A DNA stretch of 63,844 nt, counting the filler, from Neolecta irregularis DAH-3 (taxonomy: Eukaryota): assembly GCA_001929475.1 (NCBI GenBank). It is 21 parts of 21 records of this genome, joined end to end, with 100 filler letters (N's around TTAATTAATTAA, not from the genome) between each part and the next. Parts side by side here need not be neighbours in the genome. Positions count along the whole stretch, not along the records: positions 25,965 to 28,750 come from LXFE01001277.1; positions 28,851 to 34,301 come from LXFE01001279.1; positions 34,402 to 37,931 come from LXFE01001280.1; positions 38,032 to 41,775 come from LXFE01001281.1; 17 more parts are not named here. One strand, given 5' to 3'. Positions within the stretch are counted from its first letter, which is position 1. Each line of letters starts with the position of its first letter. The notes beneath the pieces were generated by a model. That model saw nothing but the letters and a program-made list of their open reading frames with translations. It did no database searches and had not been told where the DNA came from. Of the stretch, positions 25,965 to 38,453 are shown piece after piece. The position numbers were made by a program, and so were the translations under genes.

Positions 25965-27109
25965 TGTGCTTCGCTTCCAGTTGAAATTGATTGTTTGCAT
26001 CTAGTTTTTTAAACTGTCAGATCAATAGGGCCACAGTCACAAAGCATTACCAAAATCCCCAACGACTTTCTCAACGAAGCTCGTTGATTCGAGATCCGGT
26101 TATATGGGTCCTTAACTGTATCTGACTGAAGATGTGGCATGCATCCTCTTAACATGACTGCCACGATCAGGAAGGGGTCTCCATACTTGTCCCTTATATC
26201 AAGGTATTCAGCCCACTCACACAGACCAATTCCTGCTAGGGGTAGCGTTTTCAATAGTTCTTTGAATTTGGATACTTCGTTGGACACTGGTACAATGTTG
26301 GGATCTGGAATAATGTAGTCCGGTAGAGCTTTCAATAACTTTTCCAACTCGGATACTTTTTTGGATACTGGTCGAACATTGCGATCCTGTGTGGTAACCT
26401 GTGTATTTCCCACAAGATTTTGATGTGTTGCAGTATTACCTACGACAGGAGTGGCCAACTGTATGTTCCTACAACTATTAGCAGTATCCATAATAAGAAG
26501 GCATCACTCCGGGCGCGGGAAAAGCTGTGGTCGAAGCCTAGGCACAAGTTGGTAACGTACCCATTTCTCTGGATCATTCTTATATTTCAAATATTTTGGA
26601 TCATTGCTGATTGTTTCCAGAACTGTTTCGATAGCCTGCTTCGCTTTCTGTTGCGACGTATTGGTTGGATCTGATTTAGTAAACTGCCAGATCAATTGGG
26701 CCAGTCAAAAAGTGTTACCAAATTCTCGGATGACTCTCTCAATGTAGTTCGACAATTCATAATACTGTGATAATTGATGTCCGCCGCAGCTCTACCCATG
26801 GGTTCGCATCCGACTAATATGGCTGCCACAATATAAAATGGATCGCCATATTTCCCTTTCACATAGTTGAACTCGTTCAGATCACACCGACGAATGCCTT
26901 TTTCAGGTGGATTATCCCATAGTTTTTTCAACTCGGCTACTGGGTCGAACACTGGTAGATCATTGGGATCCTGTGTGGTAACTTGTGTATTTCCCACAAA
27001 ATGGTGTAGTGTCGCAGTGGCATGCATGGCAGCAAGGATGCCGAAGGATATAGTCCTGCAAACATAAGTAGCATCCATGAAGGAAAAGGAAATGCCTTAG
27101 AAACAACAT
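25965..27109 (-). CDS. Secreted header-domain family protein A with two tandem domain copies, 3' truncated
   Basis: Exon 1 27096-27109 plus a GC-AG intron gives signal peptide MLFLRTISFGILAAMHATA; domain GIRRC..YGDPF..LVGCEP repeats as GIGLC..YGDPF..LRGCMP. Confidence 0.7.
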
Positions 27110-28079
27110 GTTGATGTTGGGGTACTCTGTCGCCTAATAAACTGGATCTTGCCTATTTATATAGGTGAATGTTGGCATGTCTCAAAAGATGACGCTTTAG
27201 GAGATGTCTCAGTGAGAAGCCAGAATATGGCTGAAGCTGCCACTGAGTCACAACGAACGCGTCACAAGGGTGGTCTTTGTCCTGCTTTTCTACACGTTGT
27301 GGATGGGCCAAAGCCTGTCGCACCGCTGACGAGATATTGACTGCCACACCAAATTTCAACACAAAGTCCGTGCCAGGATGATGATGGCGTGTATTTCCTT
27401 TTCTTATTTCAGTTATCTATTTTATCTCTACTTCCGGGGACGCTGGTAGACTGCTGTGCAGCCATTGACCACTCCCGGTTTTTCTACCTCTGTAATGTCC
27501 TATTTCGCGTTCTCTTATTTTATCACTCTGCTCTTTCCGTTTTGTTACCAGCCTGCTGCGGATAGCTATAAGGGCAGCGGCAGCGTCCATCAGTAGCTGC
27601 AGCTTCGGCGCGCGGGATACAAGGACGGCTGAGTGGAGCACGCCTGTGCGGATGCAGCCCTTGCATTGCACGCGCACCTGCACATTGCCGCCCCTGTATG
27701 TAGGAAGCTCGGGCGACTCGGGCGGCTCGGCCATCGCGCGTTGGTGGGGCGGTTTGATGTCGTCTCCCCTCTGACCCCGGACCGTCCCTGCACTTTGTTC
27801 GGAAGATTGAACAGAACCCTGAACAACATAAGAATTTCACCAATAAGGAAGAATTTACAGGACAGATTTATAGACTAGGTATGTCCTGCAAAGCCCACCG
27901 ATTTCCCTCTTGCCGTCCCGCTCCTTCACATCTACCCTACTCATCCTCTCCATTGCCCCTACCATTACTCCATGGATGTTTCTGAGTTTGTATGAACAGT
28001 ACAGAATAGAATGATATTCTGTGAATTGCTGGAGGGCGGCATTTTCGAACTGGACGTTTCCTAGACTGGAGCCATAATA

Positions 28080-28150
28080 ACCACCATCACCAATAATCAA
28101 CCATCACCATCATCACCATCATCACCATCACTAGCATATCACCATCATAT
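28080..28150. repeat. (CACCAT)n microsatellite
   Basis: Direct reading. Confidence 0.85.
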
Positions 28151-30458
28151 ATATTATACATTATATATAATACATAATTTACATCTCAGAATACCGCTGC
28201 TTTGCGCGCTCTTTGACATCTGTGACATACTTGCCATACGTGTTGAAGCCCACGTGTCCAACCCGCGCCCATTTGTCTAGCTAATCTTTCCGAGCAGTTG
28301 CGCCCTTTGTTCAGGTCTTTCTCAAACTTTTCTTTCACTTAGTTGGCCTTTACAGGCCGCTCTGGCTGGCGGTGGGCCTTGTGTCACTCCCGGGCGAAGT
28401 CGCGGTACGTGGTGATGCGGTGCATGGCGGCGTTCTGCAGGTTGTGGGCAGAGCAACACAGACAATTGCAATATGGAGCCACGCCAATGACGCGCGGTGT
28501 TAATCCAAAACACAGAGATGTTGTTGTATTACTTCTGGGTGCTAGCGCGTTTGCAACAGCTTCTCGCATTCCGTATTTCAACCAGGAGATTCTATCGCTT
28601 CATATCAAGCGAAGAATTTATTGCTACGTATCGTATGCACAGTCATTTTTACAATTAACCAATATCAGATTGACGCTTCAAAAGACTCATACAAAGATAT
28701 ATTTGCCTTCATATCTCCAGTTGATAAGGCTTGGACTTGTGTCTACGAGANNNNNNNNNNNNNNNNNNNNNNNNNNNNNNNNNNNNNNNNNNNNTTAATT
28801 AATTAANNNNNNNNNNNNNNNNNNNNNNNNNNNNNNNNNNNNNNNNNNNNTAAACAAACTCGACAGAAAGTTTTCAGTTGGCTAATGTTCTATGGCTACT
28901 TCTCTTATTTATGGTCCAAATCCGTGGGGTAAGAAGAAATAAGAACATCTAGTCCAAGAAAGGGAATGGATAAGACAAGAAACGAGTCAAAACAAAATAT
29001 GGCTAAAATCACTTCAGACAACCCATTCGAACGCATTCCATTGTCTTCTATGTCGAAAGCCGGGTTCATCCGAATAGATTTTAATTTGAGATGAAATTTA
29101 CTTCAGTGAAATTGCAGATCGTCACTTGAGAAACATTTGGGCATATTGTATCACAATCACGCAAATTTATTCTAGAGGTCATCGCGAACGCACAGTTTCA
29201 TATAATATAGTTGATGACTGATCATTACTATATTTGGATCTTACCTCACTCGAATGGTGATCTTAATATCTTCCTTCAAGATAGAGGAATCATTTTCAGG
29301 AGTGGAGATTATTTCTGCAATATTGCATAGAAGGGAAATAAGGGAGAGATAGCCATGTTCACATACCGGGGACAGAACAAGCACTTTAACTCGTTAACTG
29401 ATGAGAAGATTGTTGGCACATTTTTAGTACATCTCGATGAGACAGGTCTGACTGTGACCATTCGGGTTAGGATGACGAAATGCAATTTTAAACAAGGTGA
29501 TCGATACCTAGTCATGATCTCTAGAATTTTTCGGTTTCATGAATCGAGGTTTGAATTTTAACCGCCATAATAATACGTTTCACTCAAACCCTATTCATCT
29601 CGAAAATGTCATTTGCAACACCAAATTTGTCTGGACCCCAAGGATAATGCATGGCCATAATTGGCTCACTATCAGTATTTACTGTTCGGTAGTTTTCGTG
29701 ACTCGATTCAGGGCTAGATTGCATTGGATTTTAAACCAGCGAATAATTGAGCTGCTTTTGAATTTTGGCAGTCGATGAAATTCACGGATCGAAAGGTAAG
29801 GGCAGTCTCTATATTTCTTCTGGGTTTGTGGAATATTTGGTCAGATCGTCTTGCATGGATTATGTGTTTTGTAGCCAGCGATGGATTGTGAGGTTATCAG
29901 GTTGAACAAAACTAAAACGTTTTTCAGGTTATGTTTCTTTCACAAACACCAAAAGATGATCATGAAACAGTAGGAGGGTGGGTTCAGATAAAATATTACA
30001 AGGACCAACAAACAAACCCTAGATAGGCTTCTACTTCCTAGTTGGGAGGGACCTACATACTTTTAGAGTTGGCGTGTAGCAAGGATATGCGGATTACGAT
30101 GAGTCTTTCCTCTGATGCATCTTGGCTTTGCGAATGAGTTCATCCCCCAAGAATCTGTTCGTACACACTGTGAAACCATCCATCGGTCCATCCTTTGACG
30201 AGTGCATTATGATCCACGTTCTCGGATAACTTCCGGAATCCCGGCACTAGTAGAAACGGAATGCAAGCAAACCCAAAAACTTGATGTCCTTAGCCATACC
30301 CTAGCCCAAACAGTTCATACAAAGGGGTCTATGACGATCCTCACGAAGTGATCTGTGCACGAAGTTGCGGTCGTGCGTATATAAAGTGATGCGTGTCCCA
30401 GCCGGCTACACCCGCCTTCATTCACTCCACTCTTTAATCAGACCATCGTTCAGATACC

Positions 30459-31498
30459 ATGAGAGGCATTTTATCGTGTATCCTACTCGCTTCTACAGTG
30501 CTGGCAAAAAGTGTGCCTGGCAGAGGGGTATCACTGATACTGTAGGCCACCGCCATCATTATATCCGGGGATCTCCCCATAGTTTTGAAGAAACTGATAT
30601 CACGGCCAGTGCCAGTGCCAGTGTCACAGTCAACCCATCAAGCCAACGTCCTACACACCCAAATGATCTCTGGGCCATTGCTTACGCCCCTTTTGATACC
30701 AATGGTAGCTGCAAAGATCATGCCACTATACGGGCGGATATGGCCTCTATCAAAGAAGTGGGATTCAAAGCAGTGAGAATCTACAATCTTTGCGATTGTG
30801 ACGAACAAACTTCCTTGACTATTTTGCCTACTACTCGGGAGCTTGGTCTAATACTCATTGCAGGACTATGGCTTGAAGGGGATGATGGCTCATCTCTCAC
30901 TAAGGGACTCTCAATGCTCACCTCCTGGGGCCAGGAGGGCAACTGGGACTTTCTTTCAATGGTTGTCGTTGGTATGTTTTTCCGATTTCCATATTAAAGA
31001 TTAGGCAATGAAATGATTTCCAAGGGAATGAACCCCCAGTCTCTCCTTGCCAAGGTTGCAGAGGTCAAATCACAACTGACTGCAGCTGGCTATATAGGTC
31101 ATGTAACAATTGCTGAGACAACAGCATCCTACGTTCAGTACCCAGAGTTATGTCAACGTTCAGCCTTGGACATTGTCGGCGCCAATATTCATGCATATTT
31201 CACCTCGACTTGTTCCGCCGACAATGCTGGAACTGAAGTAAAAGATCAGATCAGGCAAATATCTGCTATTTGCCCTGGCATGGAAATTGTTGTCCTCGAG
31301 TCCGGGTGGCCTAGCGCAGGCGGCAACAATGGACTCGCCATCGCAAGTGCTGAAGCGCAGGTCTCTGCCGTTAAATCTCTTATGAATTCGGGTTTAAATC
31401 TGTGTTTATTTGAATTCAACAATTCTGTTTGGAAGAGCAACGTAGCTGAGATCGAACGGAGCTTTGGGGTTATGCACAGTCTTGCTGGGAAAGCATGA
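30459..31498 (+). CDS. Secreted GH17 beta-1,3-glucanase/transglucosylase (Scw/Bgl2-like), 2 introns
   Basis: Signal peptide MRGILSCILLASTVLA; VRIY, VVVG|NE, ANIHAYF, VLESGWPS catalytic motifs. Confidence 0.9.
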
Positions 31499-31762
31499 AT
31501 GCTTGATTATTGAACGAGCCGTGAGCTTGGTCGGAGTATAATCGTAATCTATTGCATGTATTTGATGGTGTTGACGGTCCTTATCGAGGTGCAAGGCATA
31601 GTACGGTAGCACTTGTAGACGGTTTACCTCGTAATGGATATGACTTTTGAGTTTTTGATTTGAATATTTGTTGTAATAGATTTCGCTTTAGTGCTACAAT
31701 ACCATGATGCTGTGGCGCAAAAACACATTTAACGTGACTCCGTCTGTATCCATTGCACCCCC

Positions 31763-33380
31763 ATGAATCTTGAGTGCCTCACATCTATGGAAGCGGACAA
31801 TGCGCCCTTTCGACTCTTTCCGTCGCTCGATCTATTTAGCGAATCTCTGACTAGCAACGAAGAGATCACGAATACTTCTATCGAGGGTGGCAATGAATGG
31901 GACAGCAACTCGTCTCCTTATTCAGACAATGGATCTGTTGATGAAGAGGACGAGGGAAGCGGCGATGGAGCAGAAGATGACAGTGAAGTTGGAGGGCTCT
32001 CTGATGATTATGAAGAATTTAGTGATGCAATCGGATCTTGGGAGGAAAACTTTGCAACTCATCTGTTCTCGCGGGATCGCACGTCTTTCTTATATTAATG
32101 TCTCTTACCTTTCAGCTCATTTCCCTCTTTGTTTGCATCTAGAGCCGTGCATCAAGCGGGTATATTTTGCTGCAAATATCTGTTAATAGGTAGTTGGATT
32201 TTGTTCATCATGTCGAGGCCGCTAACGGACAAAATGTGCAGGGTCTCAATCTCACTGAGAGGGAGATCGTGAATCTACGGAGTCAAAGGGATCTGCAGTA
32301 TCTAAAAGAAGGACCTCGCAATGACCTGAATTTCCCTCATCTAAAAACCCTTGTACACACTCGATCTCTCCCGATCTAACAGGGATTCAGAAACCTCCTG
32401 GAAGAACAAAGAGTCTCTATAAGTTTCAACAAACAAGCAACAAGGTCCGGACAAGCATTCCTCATTTTCAGCTGCGCAATCTTATCCATCCAATATCGCT
32501 CTCAGAAGTATATTACGCCTGCAGCAAACACGTCGGCCAATGGAATGCTGTCGCACAAACTACTCAGGAATTCATGAAATTCCCCACTTCAATGGCAAGC
32601 TTCCTGCGCGCTGTCGAAGCAACAAGTCTAGCTGCCCATAAGGAAGTTGTTGTATTAGGTGGGTTTCTCGGAGAATACGGTTTAAGAAAGATTGGCTCGG
32701 ACGATCTACCCATACAGGGACTAATCACTGACAATGCAACATCTGGAATCACAAATCACATCAATATTTGGGAAACGAGGAGCGGGATCCTCGAGGCCGT
32801 GTTTGCTAACAACGACAATTATGTTCGAACCATGGACCTTCGATCCCTTCAGTTTCTAAAGACCTTTCCAAAGTTTGAATTTCCTGTAAATTGTACAGCA
32901 ATGAGCCCGGATCGTAGATTACGCGCCATTGTTGGAGATAACATGAATACCTTCATCACCGATGCTTCAAATAGTCAACTACTGACATGCCTTGAGGGAC
33001 ACAAAGATTTCAGCTTCGCATGCGAGTGGAGCGAGGATTGGTTGTTTGCTACAGGTAACCAAGATTGTACCGCTCGAATATACGACGCGAGAAACTGGTC
33101 CAGTCCTTTATTGGTATTCCCTACTCGTTATGGCGCAGTTAGAAGTCTTCGATTCCATGGATCCGAACTTGCTATCTCGGAACCAGCGGATCTTGTACAT
33201 GTCCTTGATACTAGAGACCTCTCACAATGCCAAACTCTGGAGTTTTTTGGTGAGATTTCAGGCATTGGATTCGTCGAAGATAGTCTATTTATCGCAAATG
33301 CGGAACCAAGAATATCTGGGCTTCTCGAATGGCGAAGAACTAACTCGTCTGAAGAAGGATTATGGGAATTAACTAATTAA
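31763..33380 (+). CDS. WD40 / DUF2415 protein (Ylr149c/Gid11-like), spliced
   Basis: HFQLRNLI, FPVNCTAMSPD, GHKDFSFACEWS, ATGNQD, SEPADLVH, FFGEISG. Confidence 0.85.
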
Positions 33381-33912
33381 TATATTTGGGCTGTGTTTCT
33401 TGCAGGCGTATTTTGTTGGAACTTATGAGGGGGGTTGGGGCTTTGGCTTTGGATATGTCATTGAATGTTTTTTATTTGAGATTTTGATCGAGTTTGGCTG
33501 AAAACCCAATGTATTTAGATACTGGGATGATGTTAAACTAGTTCCCTCTAATTTTATGCATTCAGTCAACAATCTGATTTTCTACTGATTACTGTGATAT
33601 TCTTCAGATGTCTAATTCTGAACTGTAAAAAATGGATACCTGGCCTGTCAAATCAGTGAGTATGCATTAACTGTCCAGTATGATTTTGAAGAAGATACAG
33701 CAATTGCTTCAGGGCAACTAGGTCGGCGAATCGCCCGTGTCCCCCAGTTGCAATACGGTAGGAATTCTAAGCTACAAATTCAATTACAGATCTGACTATA
33801 TCTTAATCCAGTAACTTGCAAGGGATTACAGAAGGTGTAACTAGGTGGAAGAAGAAAATGGACTCTTGTATTTGTGGCGATGACGCAAAACCAAGGCGGA
33901 AAGCAACCCCGA

Positions 33913-33955
33913 TGTAAGTATTGAAGCCTAGATAAGAATAAGACTAGGTTGTATT
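33913..33955 (-). mobile_element. LTR-like family A end, interrupted by family C
   Basis: TGTAAGTATTGAAG...AATAAGACTAGGTT resembles the reverse complement of 1-66. Confidence 0.55.
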
Positions 33956-34130
33956 TGTCGTAAAGAAATACTAAACTGAGAATTTACGCCTAACACGTCA
34001 CTATCGGGACACCTCACTCAAGCTCCTTCCTCCCCTCTTCCTCCACGATTTTTACTATCATCAATCTCATTCGCGATTCACTATCCTATCTGCTTGGCAC
34101 GGTTCTGCTTCCGACGTCGGTCCTCTGTCT
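33956..34130 (+). mobile_element. LTR-like repeat family C
   Basis: Begins TGTCGTAAAGAAAT; aligns over ~170 bp with 63261-63427. Confidence 0.7.
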
Positions 34131-34484
34131 TCTCGAGAGTATCTTCGTACCGGGAGTATGGGGCGTGCTGACGAGTCACCGTATGTAAACGGGGCTTAGG
34201 TTAGCTTTTCCTTTTTTTAACCTACAGCGTGTACTGAATCGATGAAACGTTTTCGCTTCATCTCCTCTAAGAATCAATTCTGATATATATCGGAATTCCC
34301 CNNNNNNNNNNNNNNNNNNNNNNNNNNNNNNNNNNNNNNNNNNNNTTAATTAATTAANNNNNNNNNNNNNNNNNNNNNNNNNNNNNNNNNNNNNNNNNNN
34401 NCCTCCAGCAACTCTGGCGAGTGGGGCCGAGGCGGCGGCTCGGGCGGCGGCGACGGCGACGGCGCCCTGTTCTCCTTCAGCCCC

Positions 34485-35249
34485 ATGGAGCTCGAGGCCG
34501 CCGCCGACTTTGCCCTCGACGCTGCCGACTTTGCCTCTGTCGCCGACTTTGCCCTCGATGCGGCAGACTATGCCTCCTTCTCCGACTTTGCGCTGGACGC
34601 GGCAGACTATGGGGACAATCCGTTCTCGCTCGCGGCGGGGTTGTCCCCGCGGCGGGCAACGATCGCTGCCCCAGCGATCCCATCCTCGCAGCCCGTCCAC
34701 CGCTCCTCCCTTGCTTCAGTCCACCGCTCCTCCCTTCCCTCCCTTCCCTCGCTGCCAAACTCACACCCGGATTCGCCCGTGTCTGCTAACGACGACAAAT
34801 CCCCTGTCTGCATAAACTGCGGCGCTACAAAGACCTCCCTCTGGCGCCGCGACTCTGCCACTGGCGCCGCAATATGCAACCCCTGCGGCCTCTACTTTCG
34901 TCTCCACAGCCAGCCCCGCCCCTCAGAACTGTTCAAAGGCCATATCAAGAAGAGGAACAGAAACGGCGGAAATACTCTCGCTGCTTTGTCAGCCCCCACT
35001 GCAAAGCTCAAATCAGCCACCCGCCGTCAGAACACTCGCAGAGTATCAGTCCCCCAACCACCAGACTCGGTAAAACGAGTACGCAGGTCCGGCGACAACG
35101 ATCTTTGTTCTGACGCCCCGCTCCATCACCCCCCGACAACTCCGCATATCTCCCAGGACCCCTTCTCAATCGATTTCGAGGCCTTGGTTGCATCGGAATC
35201 CTTTACGATTAACGATGATTTCAGATATCTTACATTACCCTCCTCATAA
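34485..35249 (+). CDS. GATA zinc-finger transcription factor
   Basis: CINCGATKTSLWRRDSATGAAICNPCGLYFRLH..RP..IKKRNR; start may lie upstream beyond the contig edge. Confidence 0.9.
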   Translation: MELEAAADFALDAADFASVADFALDAADYASFSDFALDAADYGDNPFSLAAGLSPRRATIAAPAIPSSQPVHRSSLASVHRSSLPSLPSLPNSHPDSPVSANDDKSPVCINCGATKTSLWRRDSATGAAICNPCGLYFRLHSQPRPSELFKGHIKKRNRNGGNTLAALSAPTAKLKSATRRQNTRRVSVPQPPDSVKRVRRSGDNDLCSDAPLHHPPTTPHISQDPFSIDFEALVASESFTINDDFRYLTLPSS

Positions 35250-35321
35250 CCAACATTCCACTAATACATTTCCCTCTTTCTATTCTAGAGGGACCTTGCT
35301 TTGTTGTTTATTGTCATTTAT

Positions 35322-35465
35322 TTATATTGATTGTATTGATTGTATTGATTGATTGATATTGATTGATGATATTGATTGATGATATTCATTGATTGATATT
35401 GATTGATTGATGATATTGATTGATTGACGATATTGATTGATATCGATATCGATATTGATATTATA
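35322..35465. repeat. Degenerate (ATTG)/(GATATT) microsatellite
   Basis: Direct reading. Confidence 0.85.
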
Positions 35466-35669
35466 TTTATAGTTGTTTCTTTTGTACTTATATCTTGATA
35501 ACCAATTCATTTGTATAATATAACCCTGCATCCAGTTTACAGTACGAAAGCGTGATGAAGCGGGCGGATCTCCGCATGCGGAATGCCATGTCAGCGTCAT
35601 TGATAAATTCACACTAATGGTATGGAAGAACGGGCACCTCCGATCTAGAATCCTTATCCGTTTCGGTCG

Positions 35670-35815
35670 TCATACTTGATCTCGTTCTTCCGCTTGTTAT
35701 ACTTGATCTCGTCCTTCCGGTTGTCACTACTGATCCTTCCGGTGTCACTACTGATCCTTCCGGTGTTATTACTCCCTTCCGGTGTCATTACTTCCTTCCG
35801 GTGTCTTACCCTTCA
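35670..35815. repeat. Degenerate ~20-bp tandem repeat (CTTCCGGTGTCACTACTGATC) upstream of the Flc gene
   Basis: About 6 CTTCCG(G/C)T-containing units. Confidence 0.75.
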
Positions 35816-35868
35816 GTCACCACTAGGGTTATCACTATCCACTCCCATTGTCTTCTCGCATTCAAGTA

Positions 35869-37860
35869 ATGAATTTATATGCTTTATCGATCTTGATCTC
35901 GGGCGTCTGGGCAGATTCGTTGTATGTGGAACGAACAAGTGAATGTTTAGAGAACCCGGCTTTTATTTTGCAGACTTTTAATGCAGTGTACCACCCCGAG
36001 AATAAAAGTATCGTGCTCGATATCTCGGGAGATAGTTCAATAGCTGTGCCAACACTTTATGGTTCGTCTCTGCAGCGTGTCTCCTAATATTGGTAGCTAC
36101 ATTAACTATCGACACCTTTGGACAACAGAGGTTTACCCAGACCTTCACTCCCTGTTCAATAGGCTTCGAAGCCTTTTGTCCTTTAACAAATGGCTCATTC
36201 AGCACCAGCGGGGTATTGATTCTAGATCCAGCTGACGTTCCTGCTATTCCTGGTATACCAATATCCACCCATGTCTCACTCTAGCTCTCGTATACCACCT
36301 TCCGGATCTGGATGGAAATGCAACACTCCAGTTTTACAATAACGCTACAAACGCTAATGTCGTCTGCATAGTTGCTTCAATTACCAATGGGAATTCTCTC
36401 AGACATGCCTTTATCAGTTGGATCGCCTTGGTTGTCTTTGCCCTGGCGGCAATCACTTCTTTCTTTCGAATTTCAACGTCAAATGCAAACACTGCCGCTC
36501 AAGAATCAATGCCTTCGGTATATGCTACCCTTGCCTTCTTCCAAACTCTCGTCTTGGGTGCTTCGATCTCGGTCGACTATCCTCGAATTGCAATAGCCTG
36601 GGCGTCAAATTTTGCTTGGTCCTGCGGCTTCATTTACATCCATTCCCTAGAGACAATGTTAAATAAAAGTCACGATACCATGATTCGAGGTCTCGCCAAA
36701 AGATCGGCCATTGACAGTCCAGGAATACCAAATCCTGGTATATACAAAGGTTTACAAGGTCTCCTCGCCCAAATTGGAATCTCCACACGGAATGTATTCA
36801 TGACCACCTTTTGTGGGTTTTTGTTTTTGGTTGCTGTTGTTTTGGGGTTTTTGTTACTCTTTAGGGGAATTTTGGCCCTGTTACTCTTTGGTGGAGTTGA
36901 CACGGGGAGAATGGATATGTTTAGAAAGAGATGGTGTCTTTATACCACAATTTCAATTGCACGCTTGGTAGAGTATTACTTGAACATGCTGACATTCAGG
37001 TGCACTTGTGCTTCTTCGTAGTTATGTGGCTGGCCATATTTCAGTTTACTCTTTCTGGTGATTCTGCATTCAAGGGAGTCGCTGCCATTGTATTTCTAAT
37101 ATTCTTATTCACTATCGGAATCACGAGTTTCTACGTCTATCACAAACAACGAGCTGGTCTTGTGCAAAGCGAGCCGCAATACCTTTTATACACAGATCAC
37201 CAGTTACAAAATCGTTGGGGCTGGTTGTACTTGGAATTTCGGCAGGAAAATTGGTGGTTTTTTGGAATTGAATTGGCATACCAGTTTATTCGTGCGGTGT
37301 TTTACTCGGTGGGTCAAAATCATCCTTTGGGACAAGCTATCATTATTCTGGCTCTGGAGGGTATTGCCTTTCTTGTTCTTCACGTACAGAGGCCGTTTGC
37401 ATTGTATAGGTATGAACTTTGCTTTTCACTACTTAGATGCAGAACCAACCTCCTCTTTTTAGGCATACAACTGTTTAGAGTTCTTAATACGGCATTCACT
37501 TTTTTCTACGTTCCCGTGTTTGAGATCGATCCTATTATCCAGTATACACTCGCACTAGTGTGTACTCTGGTGCAAGCACTGTGTTTTGTGGCTATGATTG
37601 CCATGACATTCTGGAACCTTGGTTCAGCAGTATACTATTTCATAACAGCGGGCACAGGTCACCAAGAGCTTGGTTCTGGAACAATGTCGAGTCTTTCTGA
37701 GAAGACGGAGTCTCCAGTGAGCAGCTCTCGGATAGCTGTCCGCGATTCAATTGTGCAGATGCCGTCTCTCCTGTTGTCACAAGCTCGGCAATCTGCAAGT
37801 TCTGGGGAAAGCATAGATGGGCGTGACGTTGATAGATTTGATATTGGTAGAGCGGTATAA
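35869..37860 (+). CDS. TRP-like Flc/Pkd2 family membrane protein, spliced
   Basis: Signal peptide, ML-like domain (FTPC...CPL), SVDYPRIAIAWASNFAWSCG, WGWLYLEFR, multiple TM segments. Confidence 0.88.
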
Positions 37861-38453
37861 GAGAATCCCTAATGTACTATAATGACAGTATGTGCTCTTG
37901 TGATCAGCGCGCGTTGCAGAAGAGAAATTAANNNNNNNNNNNNNNNNNNNNNNNNNNNNNNNNNNNNNNNNNNNNTTAATTAATTAANNNNNNNNNNNNN
38001 NNNNNNNNNNNNNNNNNNNNNNNNNNNNNNNGTATTTATTGGACAGGAATACTTATATAGTGGGTTTACAAGTAAAAAATATGCACAGATAGTTGTTCGG
38101 AGGAATCTTTATTCATATCTCACCTCATTATTCTGGTGATTTAGTTTTCTCACATACAGGGAATATACAAGGGACTAAAGACTGTATCATTTGTTAAAGG
38201 CGATGATATTGCCATCACATTAAGGCTATCACTCTCAGAGATGGCTGATTGCTGACTAGATATATAGTCTCGTTGAGTAAATATCGCACATCTCGGTCGG
38301 AATTGTTATTTCTAGTTTAGCAGATACACCCATTGTGCGTTGATTTGATAAGAGGAAGCAATGAAAATAGCATTTTATTGCTGACTGATCTTTGTTTTTC
38401 GAGGCGCAACGTCAAATCATTCTTCCACCTGGCCTTCAACTAGCTACTAATTG

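Noticed and set aside
28851..29950. Short ORFs suggesting a gene
   Set aside because: Stops in all frames and no recognisable motif
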